Shown here: piece after piece, positions 47,225 to 56,640 of the stretch | Layout of the letters: each line of letters starts with the position of its first letter | Position numbering within the stretch: position 1 is the first letter of the stretch | Origin: Draconibacterium sp. | GTDB taxonomy: Bacteria > Bacteroidota > Bacteroidia > Bacteroidales > Prolixibacteraceae | Length of the DNA stretch: 64,000 bases | Direction: 5' to 3' | Assembly (NCBI GenBank): GCA_035399765.1 | Contig: DAOPJR010000002.1 | Location: forward strand, 14,696 to 78,695 | The notes under the pieces: model-generated | Database searches by the model: none | Told to the model about the DNA's origin: nothing | The model's input: only the letters and a program-made list of their open reading frames with translations | Translations under genes and position numbers: made by a program

Positions 47225-50071
47225 TCAGACGGAAGTAATCGCTTCATATGCATGGTTGGCAAAATCCCGGACCTTCTGGTTTGGATTATTCCTGTATCTT
47301 TCAACCAACTGAAGGTAAATTTTGTCTTTCATTTGTATGATCAGGTAGAGTACAGCCAGTTTTATTTTGATGTCATTTCCACCCAACAGTTTCGAATAAC
47401 AGGTAAGTTCATCAGGGACATCGATATTAAGATTTTTAAGAGCCTCTTCAGTGAGCGAATCCAAAAGCGTTGTTTCAAGAATTGGAATGACCACTTTCTT
47501 TAACCTTGTGTCAAGTAGGTTATCTAGAAATTCGATGCTGCTAATACGCGTTTCGTTTTTATTACTTTGATAACTTTTAAATGCCGAACTGATATCTTCG
47601 GGGGGATATTTGAGCTCTAAAAGCTGAAAAATCCGCTCCAACCCTCCATCAAGTCGACGCTCCAATAAATCGATTAGACTTTTTCTGGCATCGCTTAACC
47701 CGGGGTTTTCACCAGCATCTTCAAACCTGGATTCTACATACAATATAGACAAGGTGTCCTGAATTACTCGGGCTTCATCCAGTATCCGGTTGATAATGGC
47801 TTTCTTTTCGAAATGTAGAAACGGGAATTTTACTTTCAAATGACTAAGTGAAATCAGTGCTTTATTTCTTAATACGACATCTTCTGAGTCGAGAAGTCCA
47901 AACAAAAAACTAACTGATCGTTGTGAATCGATGTTCTCAACAATTCCCGGAATCTTTCGATGGATTTCAATTTTCGATGTATCATCCAATAAGTTTTCAA
48001 GGAAAGGAATAATTTCAACGCCGTATTGTGCCAGCGCTAACTGTGTATTTTCAGTATATTCAGGATTTTCAAGCAATAAAAAGAGATGGTCTATAAACTC
48101 GGAAGCCATGGTCAGTCCAGCTGCCCGAATGGCGGTTTTTCTGATTTCGGAATTTTGATTCAACAAACCCTGCTCAACAAATGAAAAGTAGCCGGGCATG
48201 TTTCCTTTCCCGATGGTTTCCAAAATTATTTTGGTTTCATATTCGATCTTTTCGGGATCGTTTTCCAGTTTTAATGCTTCAATTCTTTTTGTAACAAACT
48301 GGCGCAACTCGTATTGTTTTTTTAGTTCGGGATTATCACGTAATTCACCGGCAAGACTTAATAAAGCTGCTCCACTCACCTTGTTGTCAGTGTCAGTCAT
48401 AAATTGCTGCATCAATTCCACCCTATTTTCAACAGGTTGCTGCAGAAGAAATTCAAAGGCAGAAATTCTCACCTCCTGCGAAGGATCCATGATCATTGTT
48501 TGCACTTTATCCATAATATCCTGGTTTCGGTAGAGAGAAAGGTTTTGAAGTGCAGAGGCCCGTACTTCGCCACTTTCATTATTAAGCAAATTCAGAATAA
48601 AAGGGAAAAGCCTGTCGTCAGGTTTTTCACGGGTTTTCAACAAAACCCACATTCTCTGGTTGTTCGTTCCCTGTTCCAGGACATTGATCAGACCATTTAA
48701 AACTGACTCTGTGGCAATATTTATTTCCTTGCTTTCTTTTCCTTGGGAATTTTGTTTCAGTTTATTCTGAAAAGATAGGATGTATTCGCGACGAATCTTC
48801 AAGGCAAAATAAAACCAAATGCCAAGAATAACAATGATCATCAGACTGATAAATGGAGTGGAAAGCTGAAAAGCATTTACAAGCAAAATAAGGATGATTC
48901 CGCCAATTCCCGTTGCCACACTGTCGACAAAAACATCGATAAAGGTTTTTGTTTTGTTTTTTATTGAAAGTGGAATCGGGAGCGCAAGCAGCTCGGTGGC
49001 CGATTTATTAATCGATTGTTTTAGGCTGCCATCTGCCATTTTTATAATGATTGCTGCAAATAGCGAAGGTACAAACAGCACCAGCAGTGCGCCGATTAAA
49101 ATACCGGCAGGTAGAAAGAAAAGCGAGGTGCCAACGCCAAAAACACCAACTACACGGCGGGTCAGAAAAAGCTGGATTAACAAGGAGATGAGATTGAAGT
49201 TGGAAAACCAGAATCCAAAAAAGGCGGTCAGTTCGTCCGGGTCACTGATTTTCATGGAAGCAAGAGCATTAAACTGGTAATCCACCAGTTTAGCAACAAT
49301 TACACTCATGCCAATAATCCCGGCAAGATAGGTCAGATGTTTCGATTTCCTGATTAAACGAAACGGACTTTCCACAATTTCATTCAATTTATTTTTACTT
49401 CTGAATGGATTCTTTTTCCCGCTAAGATTGTCGCGCCAAATCGATTTTGTGATCGGAATGCAAAGCCAGAGTAAAAATGCACTGACGAAAAGCAGATTCT
49501 CAGAACCGATGGACGGTGCTAGAATGGATGTTAAATAACCTCCGAAAATGCCACCTGCAATGGCTCCTGATCCAATGAAGCCAAACAGACGTTTGGCTTC
49601 GCGAATATTAAAAACAAGGTTGGCCAGAATCCAGAATTGTGAAGCAGATAATACGGCAAACAGTGCAACCCAGATATAAAAAAAATAGATAACCCAGCTT
49701 ACAAGAAAATGAAATCCAAGTAAGACACCAAAAACAATTAAAATTCCAACCGAAATGGCAATAGTCCGTCTCATTAGAAGGTAAAATGAAATCCGGGTCA
49801 ATATCCTTGAATAATAATAGGAAAGGATCATGGCTGCCACGGCAACAAGAACAAAAGCCAGAGGCAGGCTTTCTACCCCGAAGCGCGAAAGAAACATGCC
49901 TGTAACAGATGGTTTTACAATCAGAAGTGTTGAAATAATCAGGAAAATATTTAGCTGCATCAGAAAGGCGCGTTTATATTCTCCTTCCCGAAGATCAAAG
50001 AATTTCAACAGTAAAAATTTCACTGGTTTGCCCAACAGGGCCGTGTTCCAACCCAACGGATTCGTTTCCAT
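47225..50071 (-). CDS. TLC/NTT (Npt1/Npt2-like) nucleotide translocase fused to HEAT repeats
   Basis: About 12 TM in the first ~430 aa with SQFWILANLVFNIREAKRLFGFIGSGAIAGG and ELLALPIP...KTKTFIDVFV signatures; HEAT-like repeats (EVRASAL, EVRISAF, EIRKTAI, VLRNKAL). Confidence 0.85.
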   Translation of the reverse strand: METNPLGWNTALLGKPVKFLLLKFFDLREGEYKRAFLMQLNIFLIISTLLIVKPSVTGMFLSRFGVESLPLAFVLVAVAAMILSYYYSRILTRISFYLLMRRTIAISVGILIVFGVLLGFHFLVSWVIYFFYIWVALFAVLSASQFWILANLVFNIREAKRLFGFIGSGAIAGGIFGGYLTSILAPSIGSENLLFVSAFLLWLCIPITKSIWRDNLSGKKNPFRSKNKLNEIVESPFRLIRKSKHLTYLAGIIGMSVIVAKLVDYQFNALASMKISDPDELTAFFGFWFSNFNLISLLIQLFLTRRVVGVFGVGTSLFFLPAGILIGALLVLFVPSLFAAIIIKMADGSLKQSINKSATELLALPIPLSIKNKTKTFIDVFVDSVATGIGGIILILLVNAFQLSTPFISLMIIVILGIWFYFALKIRREYILSFQNKLKQNSQGKESKEINIATESVLNGLINVLEQGTNNQRMWVLLKTREKPDDRLFPFILNLLNNESGEVRASALQNLSLYRNQDIMDKVQTMIMDPSQEVRISAFEFLLQQPVENRVELMQQFMTDTDNKVSGAALLSLAGELRDNPELKKQYELRQFVTKRIEALKLENDPEKIEYETKIILETIGKGNMPGYFSFVEQGLLNQNSEIRKTAIRAAGLTMASEFIDHLFLLLENPEYTENTQLALAQYGVEIIPFLENLLDDTSKIEIHRKIPGIVENIDSQRSVSFLFGLLDSEDVVLRNKALISLSHLKVKFPFLHFEKKAIINRILDEARVIQDTLSILYVESRFEDAGENPGLSDARKSLIDLLERRLDGGLERIFQLLELKYPPEDISSAFKSYQSNKNETRISSIEFLDNLLDTRLKKVVIPILETTLLDSLTEEALKNLNIDVPDELTCYSKLLGGNDIKIKLAVLYLIIQMKDKIYLQLVERYRNNPNQKVRDFANHAYEAITSV

Positions 50072-50107
50072 GAATTATACAAAGGAAGTTGAGTGGAAAA
50101 TTAGGAA

Positions 50108-51040
50108 TTAATTTGGAGCGATTAAAGTATTATCGACCTTTAAAGCCAGATCGCGTAAAATTTTTTCTCCGTCAGAAGCTTCGGTAAGTGCTACAAGAAT
50201 GTATTTACGTTTGGGGCCCCACACCAAAATAGAATCAGCATGATAATCGTGCCATGTTCCGGATTTTCGAAATAGCTTGGCTTTTGGAGCTACTTTTTCA
50301 ATCGAGTTCACAAATTTGTGGTGCAACTCAGGATCCTGCATAATGTCCAGCATTTGGGCTGATCGCTCCGGGCTTACCAATTGTCCATTAACGAGCAAGT
50401 AGTAGAATCGACATACCTGGTTTACCGTGGCGGCGTGACTAATGCCTTTAATTGGTTCAGGATATCTTTTCCCTGTTTTAGCATATCGTTTGCCAACCCA
50501 CAATCCTCCTCCGTGTTCTTCATCGTAAAGCAGGTACTCGGGATCGGTCAATACTTTCTCTATTTTTTCAAAACCCAATAGATCGATGAGTCGGGTTGCA
50601 GCCTCATTATCAGAGCGGGCAATCATTTTTCGCATATCATCGTGTATGGCAGAAGTCTCTTTAATTTCACCCTTGTCAAGGGCATCTTCCATTGCTAATA
50701 AAATTGCAATCTTGGGAAGGCTGGCTGCATACATAATATCGTCGCCATTAACTCGTGCAAATTTGATATTACTGGTATCATTCAATACTACCAATCCAAC
50801 TGCCATTTTCTTTTCTGCCACAAGTGATTTCCATCGTGGTTGTTTGTTTATAATTTGTTCCAGAGCATTCTGTAACTCCTCATTCTTATAGGTATAAAGT
50901 GGTTTTACAGCTTCCTGCTCTATGGTAAAAGGCAAACTCATATCCATATCGTCAGACAGCCCGGAAGATAAGTTGTTCGTACCTGAATTGCAACTTAGCA
51001 AAACTGTAACAATCAGATAAATAAATAAACCCTTCATCAT
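50108..51040 (-). CDS. Lipoprotein serine hydrolase, class A beta-lactamase-like (Beta-lactamase2)
   Basis: LLSC lipobox (start probably 51040; ORF open to 51112); YAASLPK (SxxK), RSDNEAA (SDN), RKSGTW (KSG), HADS. Confidence 0.82.
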   Translation of the reverse strand: MMKGLFIYLIVTVLLSCNSGTNNLSSGLSDDMDMSLPFTIEQEAVKPLYTYKNEELQNALEQIINKQPRWKSLVAEKKMAVGLVVLNDTSNIKFARVNGDDIMYAASLPKIAILLAMEDALDKGEIKETSAIHDDMRKMIARSDNEAATRLIDLLGFEKIEKVLTDPEYLLYDEEHGGGLWVGKRYAKTGKRYPEPIKGISHAATVNQVCRFYYLLVNGQLVSPERSAQMLDIMQDPELHHKFVNSIEKVAPKAKLFRKSGTWHDYHADSILVWGPKRKYILVALTEASDGEKILRDLALKVDNTLIAPN

Positions 51041-51269
51041 TTTAATCATAAAAAAGTAAGCGAAAGTAGCAAAAAGTAAATACCAAAGTTCGTCTTTAGT
51101 TTTCATTAACAAAAAAAACTCGAGTACAAAGAGTGTTCTTTAAATGGCTGATATTAAAAATATTATGTTCCCAATTTGTTGAAGTAATTGGATTTTTATT
51201 TCACCAATTATACTTCTGACAGTCATTATTGAATTCTCTTTGTATTTTTATAAAAACTTGAATGTAGTT

Positions 51270-52316
51270 ATGAAGAACATACATTTTCTCCTGATTTTTG
51301 GTTTTATCATTTTGAACGGTTGTCACTCTGTTAATCAGCCTCTTTCTGCTGTTTTTACAAAATTAGAAAGTGGAACAAATGCAAGCCTGTGGGGCTTGTT
51401 TGTTGTAAACGAAAACGTGATCTGGGCGAGTGGTTCAGCCGGAACCGTTCTTCGTTCAGTTGATGGTGAAGAATCCTGGAAAACAATGCAAATTCCCGGA
51501 GCAGAAAACAATGATTTCAGAAGTCTTCATGCCTGGGACGAAAACAGGGCAATGGTTTTTGGTGTTGCAGGTCCCGATTTCGGGTACAAAACTGAAAACG
51601 GAGGTGAAACTTGGGAAGTAGTTTATCAGGATACTACAACAGGATTGTTTTTTAATTCGTTAAAATTTGCTGATAATTTAAATGGACTAGCTGTAAGCGA
51701 TCCGGTTGATGGTAAATTCTTTGTGATCCGAACTGAAAATGGAGGTCAAAACTGGGAACGGGTTACCAACATGCCTGAAGTGGAAAACGGCGAAGCCAAT
51801 TTTGCCGCTTCAAACACCTGTATCGAGTACCTGCCTTCGGGAAAAGCCTGGATAGCCACCGGAGGAATGACAGCCAGGGTATTTTATTCAGAAGATTTTG
51901 GCAAAAGCTGGGAAGTGGCTAAAACGCCAATGATACGTGGACAGGCTTCATCAGGTATTTTTTCGATAGCTTTTAAAAACGACCGGGAAGGAATTGTAGT
52001 TGGGGGAATTTACGATCAACCTGAAATAAATACCAACGTGGCTGCCTATACAATCGACGGTGGAAAAAATTGGATTTCTTCCACTGAAATGCCTTCGGGA
52101 TACCGCTCATGTGTTCAGTTTATAAGCGATGGAAATCGGGATTTCACCCTGGCAATTGGTAAAGCGGGTTGCGACTATTCCCTGGATGGTGGTATTTCCT
52201 GGAATTTTCTTTCAAATGAAGGATATTATACTTTCAGGGCCGTTCCCGGAAAATCAATAGGTTTTGCAGCTGGTAGTGATGGGAGAATTGCAAAAATTAG
52301 TTTTGTATACAAGTAA
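51270..52316 (+). CDS. BNR/YCF48-type beta-propeller lipoprotein
   Basis: LNGC lipobox; repeated Asp-boxes (TENGGETW, TENGGQNW, SEDFGKSW, TIDGGKNW, SLDGGISW); EANFAAS. Confidence 0.85.
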   Translation: MKNIHFLLIFGFIILNGCHSVNQPLSAVFTKLESGTNASLWGLFVVNENVIWASGSAGTVLRSVDGEESWKTMQIPGAENNDFRSLHAWDENRAMVFGVAGPDFGYKTENGGETWEVVYQDTTTGLFFNSLKFADNLNGLAVSDPVDGKFFVIRTENGGQNWERVTNMPEVENGEANFAASNTCIEYLPSGKAWIATGGMTARVFYSEDFGKSWEVAKTPMIRGQASSGIFSIAFKNDREGIVVGGIYDQPEINTNVAAYTIDGGKNWISSTEMPSGYRSCVQFISDGNRDFTLAIGKAGCDYSLDGGISWNFLSNEGYYTFRAVPGKSIGFAAGSDGRIAKISFVYK

Positions 52317-52322
52317 TTCAGC

Positions 52323-52330
52323 TACCTTTG
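52323..52330 (+). promoter_or_regulatory. -7 promoter element upstream of the RluA-family gene
   Basis: TACCTTTG matches TAnnTTTG. Confidence 0.5.
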
Positions 52331-52355
52331 ATTTAGAATCCACATACCAGAATTC

Positions 52356-53282
52356 ATGCAGAAAAAATCCGGCACCGGGCAATCACATTCACCGGCACAG
52401 AGAAAGGACTTACAACTCGAAGTCAAAGAAAATGCACTTTTAATGGAGTTCCTGATTGCGCAACTTCCAAACAAAAGCCGCGACAATATCAAAGCATTGC
52501 TTCGTAATAAGCAGATATGGGTTGATGATGCTATTGTTTCGCAGTTTAATCATCCATTAAAATCAGGACAGACCGTGAAAGTTTCGGGAAGCCGGAGCAG
52601 AATGGAAAAGAGGTTTACCGAATTCACGATTGTTTTTGAAGATGAACACCTGATTGTGATTGATAAGTCGGCCGGGTTGCTGTCGATTGCTACAAAAAAC
52701 GAAAGAAGAATGACTGCATTCAGCATGCTTAGTGATTTTGTAAAAAGACAGGACCCGGGAAATAAAATCTTTGTGGTTCATCGACTTGATCGCGAGACTT
52801 CAGGTTTGATAGTGTTTGCAAAAAACGAAAAAGTGAAACGTAGCCTCCAGGAGAGTTGGAACGAGCCAGAAGTTGAAAAAACTTATGTGGCTGTTGTGGA
52901 AGGCAAGCCGGAAAAACAATCAGGAACAATCGTTTCGTACCTGTCGGAAGATAAAGTATACCACGTTCATTCTTCACAAAACCCAAAACAGGGACAAAAA
53001 GCGATCACTCATTTTTCAGTTCTACAATCGAATGCCAATTATTCCTTGTTGGAAATTCATTTGGAAACGGGACGAAAGAACCAGATTCGTGTTCACATGC
53101 AGGATTTGGGGCACAGTATTGTGGGTGACAAAAAATACGGAGCCATATCAAGTCCGATTCGAAGACTTGGTCTGCATGCTCAAAAGCTCAGTTTTAAACA
53201 CCCGGTTACCGAAGAAAAATTGGTCTTTGAAACAAAAATCCCACCTGTATTTCTTTCACTTTTAAAAAGAAAATACAAGTAG
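52356..53282 (+). CDS. RluA/RluD family pseudouridine synthase with S4-like N-terminus
   Basis: VHRLDRETSG, LETGRKNQIRVH, IVGDKKYG, LGLHA. Confidence 0.93.
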   Translation: MQKKSGTGQSHSPAQRKDLQLEVKENALLMEFLIAQLPNKSRDNIKALLRNKQIWVDDAIVSQFNHPLKSGQTVKVSGSRSRMEKRFTEFTIVFEDEHLIVIDKSAGLLSIATKNERRMTAFSMLSDFVKRQDPGNKIFVVHRLDRETSGLIVFAKNEKVKRSLQESWNEPEVEKTYVAVVEGKPEKQSGTIVSYLSEDKVYHVHSSQNPKQGQKAITHFSVLQSNANYSLLEIHLETGRKNQIRVHMQDLGHSIVGDKKYGAISSPIRRLGLHAQKLSFKHPVTEEKLVFETKIPPVFLSLLKRKYK

Positions 53283-53343
53283 GACTTTTTATTAAAGAGC
53301 ATTGGGAATTAATCCTTTTGCTTTTTATAAGTAATTCATATGA

Positions 53344-54882
53344 TTATTCCGCCCAAGGAACGAGAGCTGATTTGTAATAATTAATTCCAAGAGCGTCGAA
53401 AACTTTGGCTTGTTTTCCCAAACGAACTTTATACTCATCCCAGCTTCTTTGATCGGGCGCAGTCCAGCCAATCTCGGCATAACCGGGAAGGCGGGGAAAT
53501 ACCATGTATTCTACTTCACTGATATTGGTTACGGTTTCTGACCACAGCGGAGCCTCGATTCCTAAAATTTTATCTTTTCCAATTCCGGGAACCAATGTAG
53601 CAGGATTCCAGTCGTAGCCATGATCTACTTCGATATATCCGGCCCAGTGTAATCCATACTGAGTGGTTGAATCGTATTGCATGTCGAGATACGCGCGTGC
53701 TGCCGGTGACATCAATACTTGTGCACCTTTTTCAACTCCCATAGTTGTGTTTTCAACATCAGCCCAGAATTGTACAGTTGCATTTTCAACCGGGGTGGCA
53801 TTGGCAATCTCATCCCAACCAATTACTTTTTTGCCGTGTTTTAATACAATTTGCTGAACCTTGTCAACAAAGGGTATGTAATCTTCAAGTGGTGTAGAAT
53901 GCGATTCGTCGCCACCAATATGAAAGTAAGGGCCAGGTGTAATTTCCGAGATTTCTCTTACAACGTCGTCGATGAACTGGTAGGTAATTTCTTTGTCGGT
54001 GCAAAGTGTACTGAAACCTACTTTTGTACCTGTGTAAAGTTCAGTTGCTTTTCCATTGCAATTTAACTCGGCATACGAAGCCAGAGCTGCGTTGGTGTGC
54101 CCCGGCATATCAATCTCGGGAACAATGGTAATCTGACGGTCAGCTGCATACTGAACCAGTTCAGAATATTGTTCTTGAGTGTAAAAACCACCGGCACCAC
54201 CACCTACTTCCAAACTGCTGCCAATTTCAGTAAGTTTTGGCCATGATTTTATTTCGATTCTCCAACCCTGGTCATCAGAAAGATGAAGGTGTAGGTAATT
54301 CATTTTGTACATGGCCAGAAAATCGATAACCTGCTTCACTTCTTCTACATTAAAGAAATGCCTGGCTACATCAAGCATCATTCCACGATATCCAAATTCA
54401 GGATGATCCGAGATAACTCCGGTAGGTACAAGCAGAGCTTCCTCTGTTCCCTTTACTGGAATAGTCTGCAATAGTGTCTGCACGCCAAAGAAACATCCGG
54501 CAGCATCGGCACCGGTGATGGTTATCAGTTTTTTATCAATATTCAGTTCGTAACTCTGTTCAGTCATTCCTCCGTCTTCGGAAAGCGAAAGATAAACTCC
54601 TTCTGTAGGTTTTGTACTGACTGTCTCGGTGCTTACTGAAGCACCTGTAACCTGGTCTATTTTTTTCGCCAGAAATTCAGCAGAACTTAGCAAGCCGTCC
54701 ACTCCTTCCTGTACGTAAATAGTGGTTGAGCCGTTTAAATTAAAAGCACTGCCGGTAGCCGTAACGCTCACTGGCTTTGGAATAAATGCTGTTTGCGTCA
54801 GATCAGTTTGAACCGATTCGGTACAAGCGCTCAGTGTAACAATTAACGCCGCTGTTAACACCAGATATTGTTTTAATTTCAT
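53344..54882 (-). CDS. GH20 beta-N-acetylhexosaminidase lipoprotein
   Basis: LSAC lipobox; YRGMMLDVARHF, HLSDDQGWR, PEIDMPGH, HIGGDE, LWSE, FPRL. Confidence 0.93.
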   Translation of the reverse strand: MKLKQYLVLTAALIVTLSACTESVQTDLTQTAFIPKPVSVTATGSAFNLNGSTTIYVQEGVDGLLSSAEFLAKKIDQVTGASVSTETVSTKPTEGVYLSLSEDGGMTEQSYELNIDKKLITITGADAAGCFFGVQTLLQTIPVKGTEEALLVPTGVISDHPEFGYRGMMLDVARHFFNVEEVKQVIDFLAMYKMNYLHLHLSDDQGWRIEIKSWPKLTEIGSSLEVGGGAGGFYTQEQYSELVQYAADRQITIVPEIDMPGHTNAALASYAELNCNGKATELYTGTKVGFSTLCTDKEITYQFIDDVVREISEITPGPYFHIGGDESHSTPLEDYIPFVDKVQQIVLKHGKKVIGWDEIANATPVENATVQFWADVENTTMGVEKGAQVLMSPAARAYLDMQYDSTTQYGLHWAGYIEVDHGYDWNPATLVPGIGKDKILGIEAPLWSETVTNISEVEYMVFPRLPGYAEIGWTAPDQRSWDEYKVRLGKQAKVFDALGINYYKSALVPWAE

Positions 54883-55027
54883 TGAAAGAGTTTTTAAAAA
54901 ATTTAATTAGATCGCAAATTTAAAGAAAAAAATTAAATTACAAATGGCTTTTGTTGAGTTATATATTAACCTTCAGGATGGTGTAACCAGAGTATTCGGG
55001 ACAGTAAATCTATGAAAAAGATGAATT

Positions 55028-55900
55028 TTACTTGTTTCTCCATGTAATGGGTTCGGGATGCACCGTGGAAATAAATCCAAATTCTTTTTTAATCGCACTT
55101 TCAATTTGGGTACAAATATTATGTGCGTCTTGCAGTGTCATCGATGCAGGCAGTTTTATATGGCAACTCATTTCGGTGTGTTTCCCGTAGTCGTGAAGAT
55201 GTATGTGATGCAGGTAAAGAGGAATATCAGAGCTTTTCTGAGCAGTTTCGCGGATGGCTTGTAAAAGTTCTTCACTTGGACTTTCTCCGAGTAGTGAGGT
55301 AATTTCTTTCGAAAGGATTTCATAACTCGCGTAACCGATCATCAAGGCAACAATAATACTTAACACAGCATCTGTCCACCAATAGGAACTTCCCAAAGCA
55401 ATACCGATAAGAACAATTATTGAAGAGAGTGCATCGGTTCTGTGGTGCCATCCATCGGCAATAAGCATGCTCGATTTTATTTTTTTGCCTGCCCAGAACG
55501 AGTATTGAGTCATTACTTCATTCAATACAATTGAGATTATTATGGCAATCCAGGCAAAGGTGCTGTAGTAGGTTTGTGTACGATCGCCAAATTTTTCAAT
55601 ACCATTAATTATAAAATCGAAGGCAACAATCGCAAGGACTACACCAATAATTATCGCAGCAATGTGTTCGGCGCGACCATGACCAAAAGGGTGATCCTCG
55701 TCGGCTGGTTTACGTGAAATTTTTCCTCCTACCAATACAACAGCTGAAGTAACAACATCGGAAATGGAATGCCAGGCATCAGCAACCAATGCCAACGAAC
55801 CGGTTGAAATGCCTGCCCAGTATTTCAATGCTGAAAGCGCAAGATTTCCAATGATGGAAAACCATCCGGCACGAAGGTTGTATTTTTTGCTATCTTCCAT
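55028..55900 (-). CDS. Cation diffusion facilitator (FieF-like) transporter
   Basis: SLALVADAWHSISD, DEDHPFGHGRAE, ADGWHHRTD, C-terminal dimerisation domain VHPEP. Confidence 0.92.
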   Translation of the reverse strand: MEDSKKYNLRAGWFSIIGNLALSALKYWAGISTGSLALVADAWHSISDVVTSAVVLVGGKISRKPADEDHPFGHGRAEHIAAIIIGVVLAIVAFDFIINGIEKFGDRTQTYYSTFAWIAIIISIVLNEVMTQYSFWAGKKIKSSMLIADGWHHRTDALSSIIVLIGIALGSSYWWTDAVLSIIVALMIGYASYEILSKEITSLLGESPSEELLQAIRETAQKSSDIPLYLHHIHLHDYGKHTEMSCHIKLPASMTLQDAHNICTQIESAIKKEFGFISTVHPEPITWRNK

Positions 55901-55928
55901 ATAATGGGAGTTAAAAATAATAAAAGTT

Positions 55929-56639
55929 TTACTGCTTATTATGAAGGAGAGAAGAAAGATCGGCTTTGTAATTTCTGCCAATGGATAGTTTCTTTTTCCT
56001 TATTTCAACGAATCCGGGCCCAACTGATTCAATTTTGTTGATGGAAACAATGTAGCTTCGGTGTATCTGAATAAAACGGTCGGATGGAAGAATTTCTGCT
56101 AAATGACTGATTCGTTCCTTTGATACAATTTTTGATTCGGAAGTATACGTAATTACATAATCTCCCAGGCTTTCAATGTACAATATCTCGTCGAGATTCA
56201 CCTTGTAATGTTTTTTGTCGGCTTTCAGAAAGATGAAATCTCTTTCTTCGTTTGATTGACCTGTTTCTGTAGGCTGGGTTTTTTGTGTCCCATCAATTAA
56301 AAAATGTTGAATGGCTTTTGTGAAACGTTCAAACGAGATGGGTTTAAGCAGGTAATCAACTACATGCAGTTCAAATGCATCGACAGCATAATCACGGTAG
56401 GCAGTGGTAAAAATAACTTTAGGCGGATGAGGAAGTGAACGTACAAAATCTACTCCGGTAAGTTGTGGCATTTGAATATCGCAAAAGAGCAAATCAATTT
56501 TCTCTTTTGACAGAACACTAATTGCTTCCAGTGCATTCCTGCACTCGGCTACCACTTCAAATTCAGTAAAAGAAGCAAGGTGGTTCCTGATTACCCGAAT
56601 GGCAATTGGTTCGTCATCTATAATCACACAACGGTACAT
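55929..56639 (-). CDS. LytTR family response regulator
   Basis: IIDDEP, DIQMP, VDYLLKP, ILYIESLGDY, FIQIHRSYIV. Confidence 0.93.
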   Translation of the reverse strand: MYRCVIIDDEPIAIRVIRNHLASFTEFEVVAECRNALEAISVLSKEKIDLLFCDIQMPQLTGVDFVRSLPHPPKVIFTTAYRDYAVDAFELHVVDYLLKPISFERFTKAIQHFLIDGTQKTQPTETGQSNEERDFIFLKADKKHYKVNLDEILYIESLGDYVITYTSESKIVSKERISHLAEILPSDRFIQIHRSYIVSINKIESVGPGFVEIRKKKLSIGRNYKADLSSLLHNKQ

Positions 56640-56640
56640 G

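Noticed and set aside
51270-52316. BNR propeller lipoprotein as part of the dikinase module
   Set aside because: Divergent neighbour from a widespread Bacteroidota family; nothing in the sequence links it, though neighbourhood analysis could revisit this
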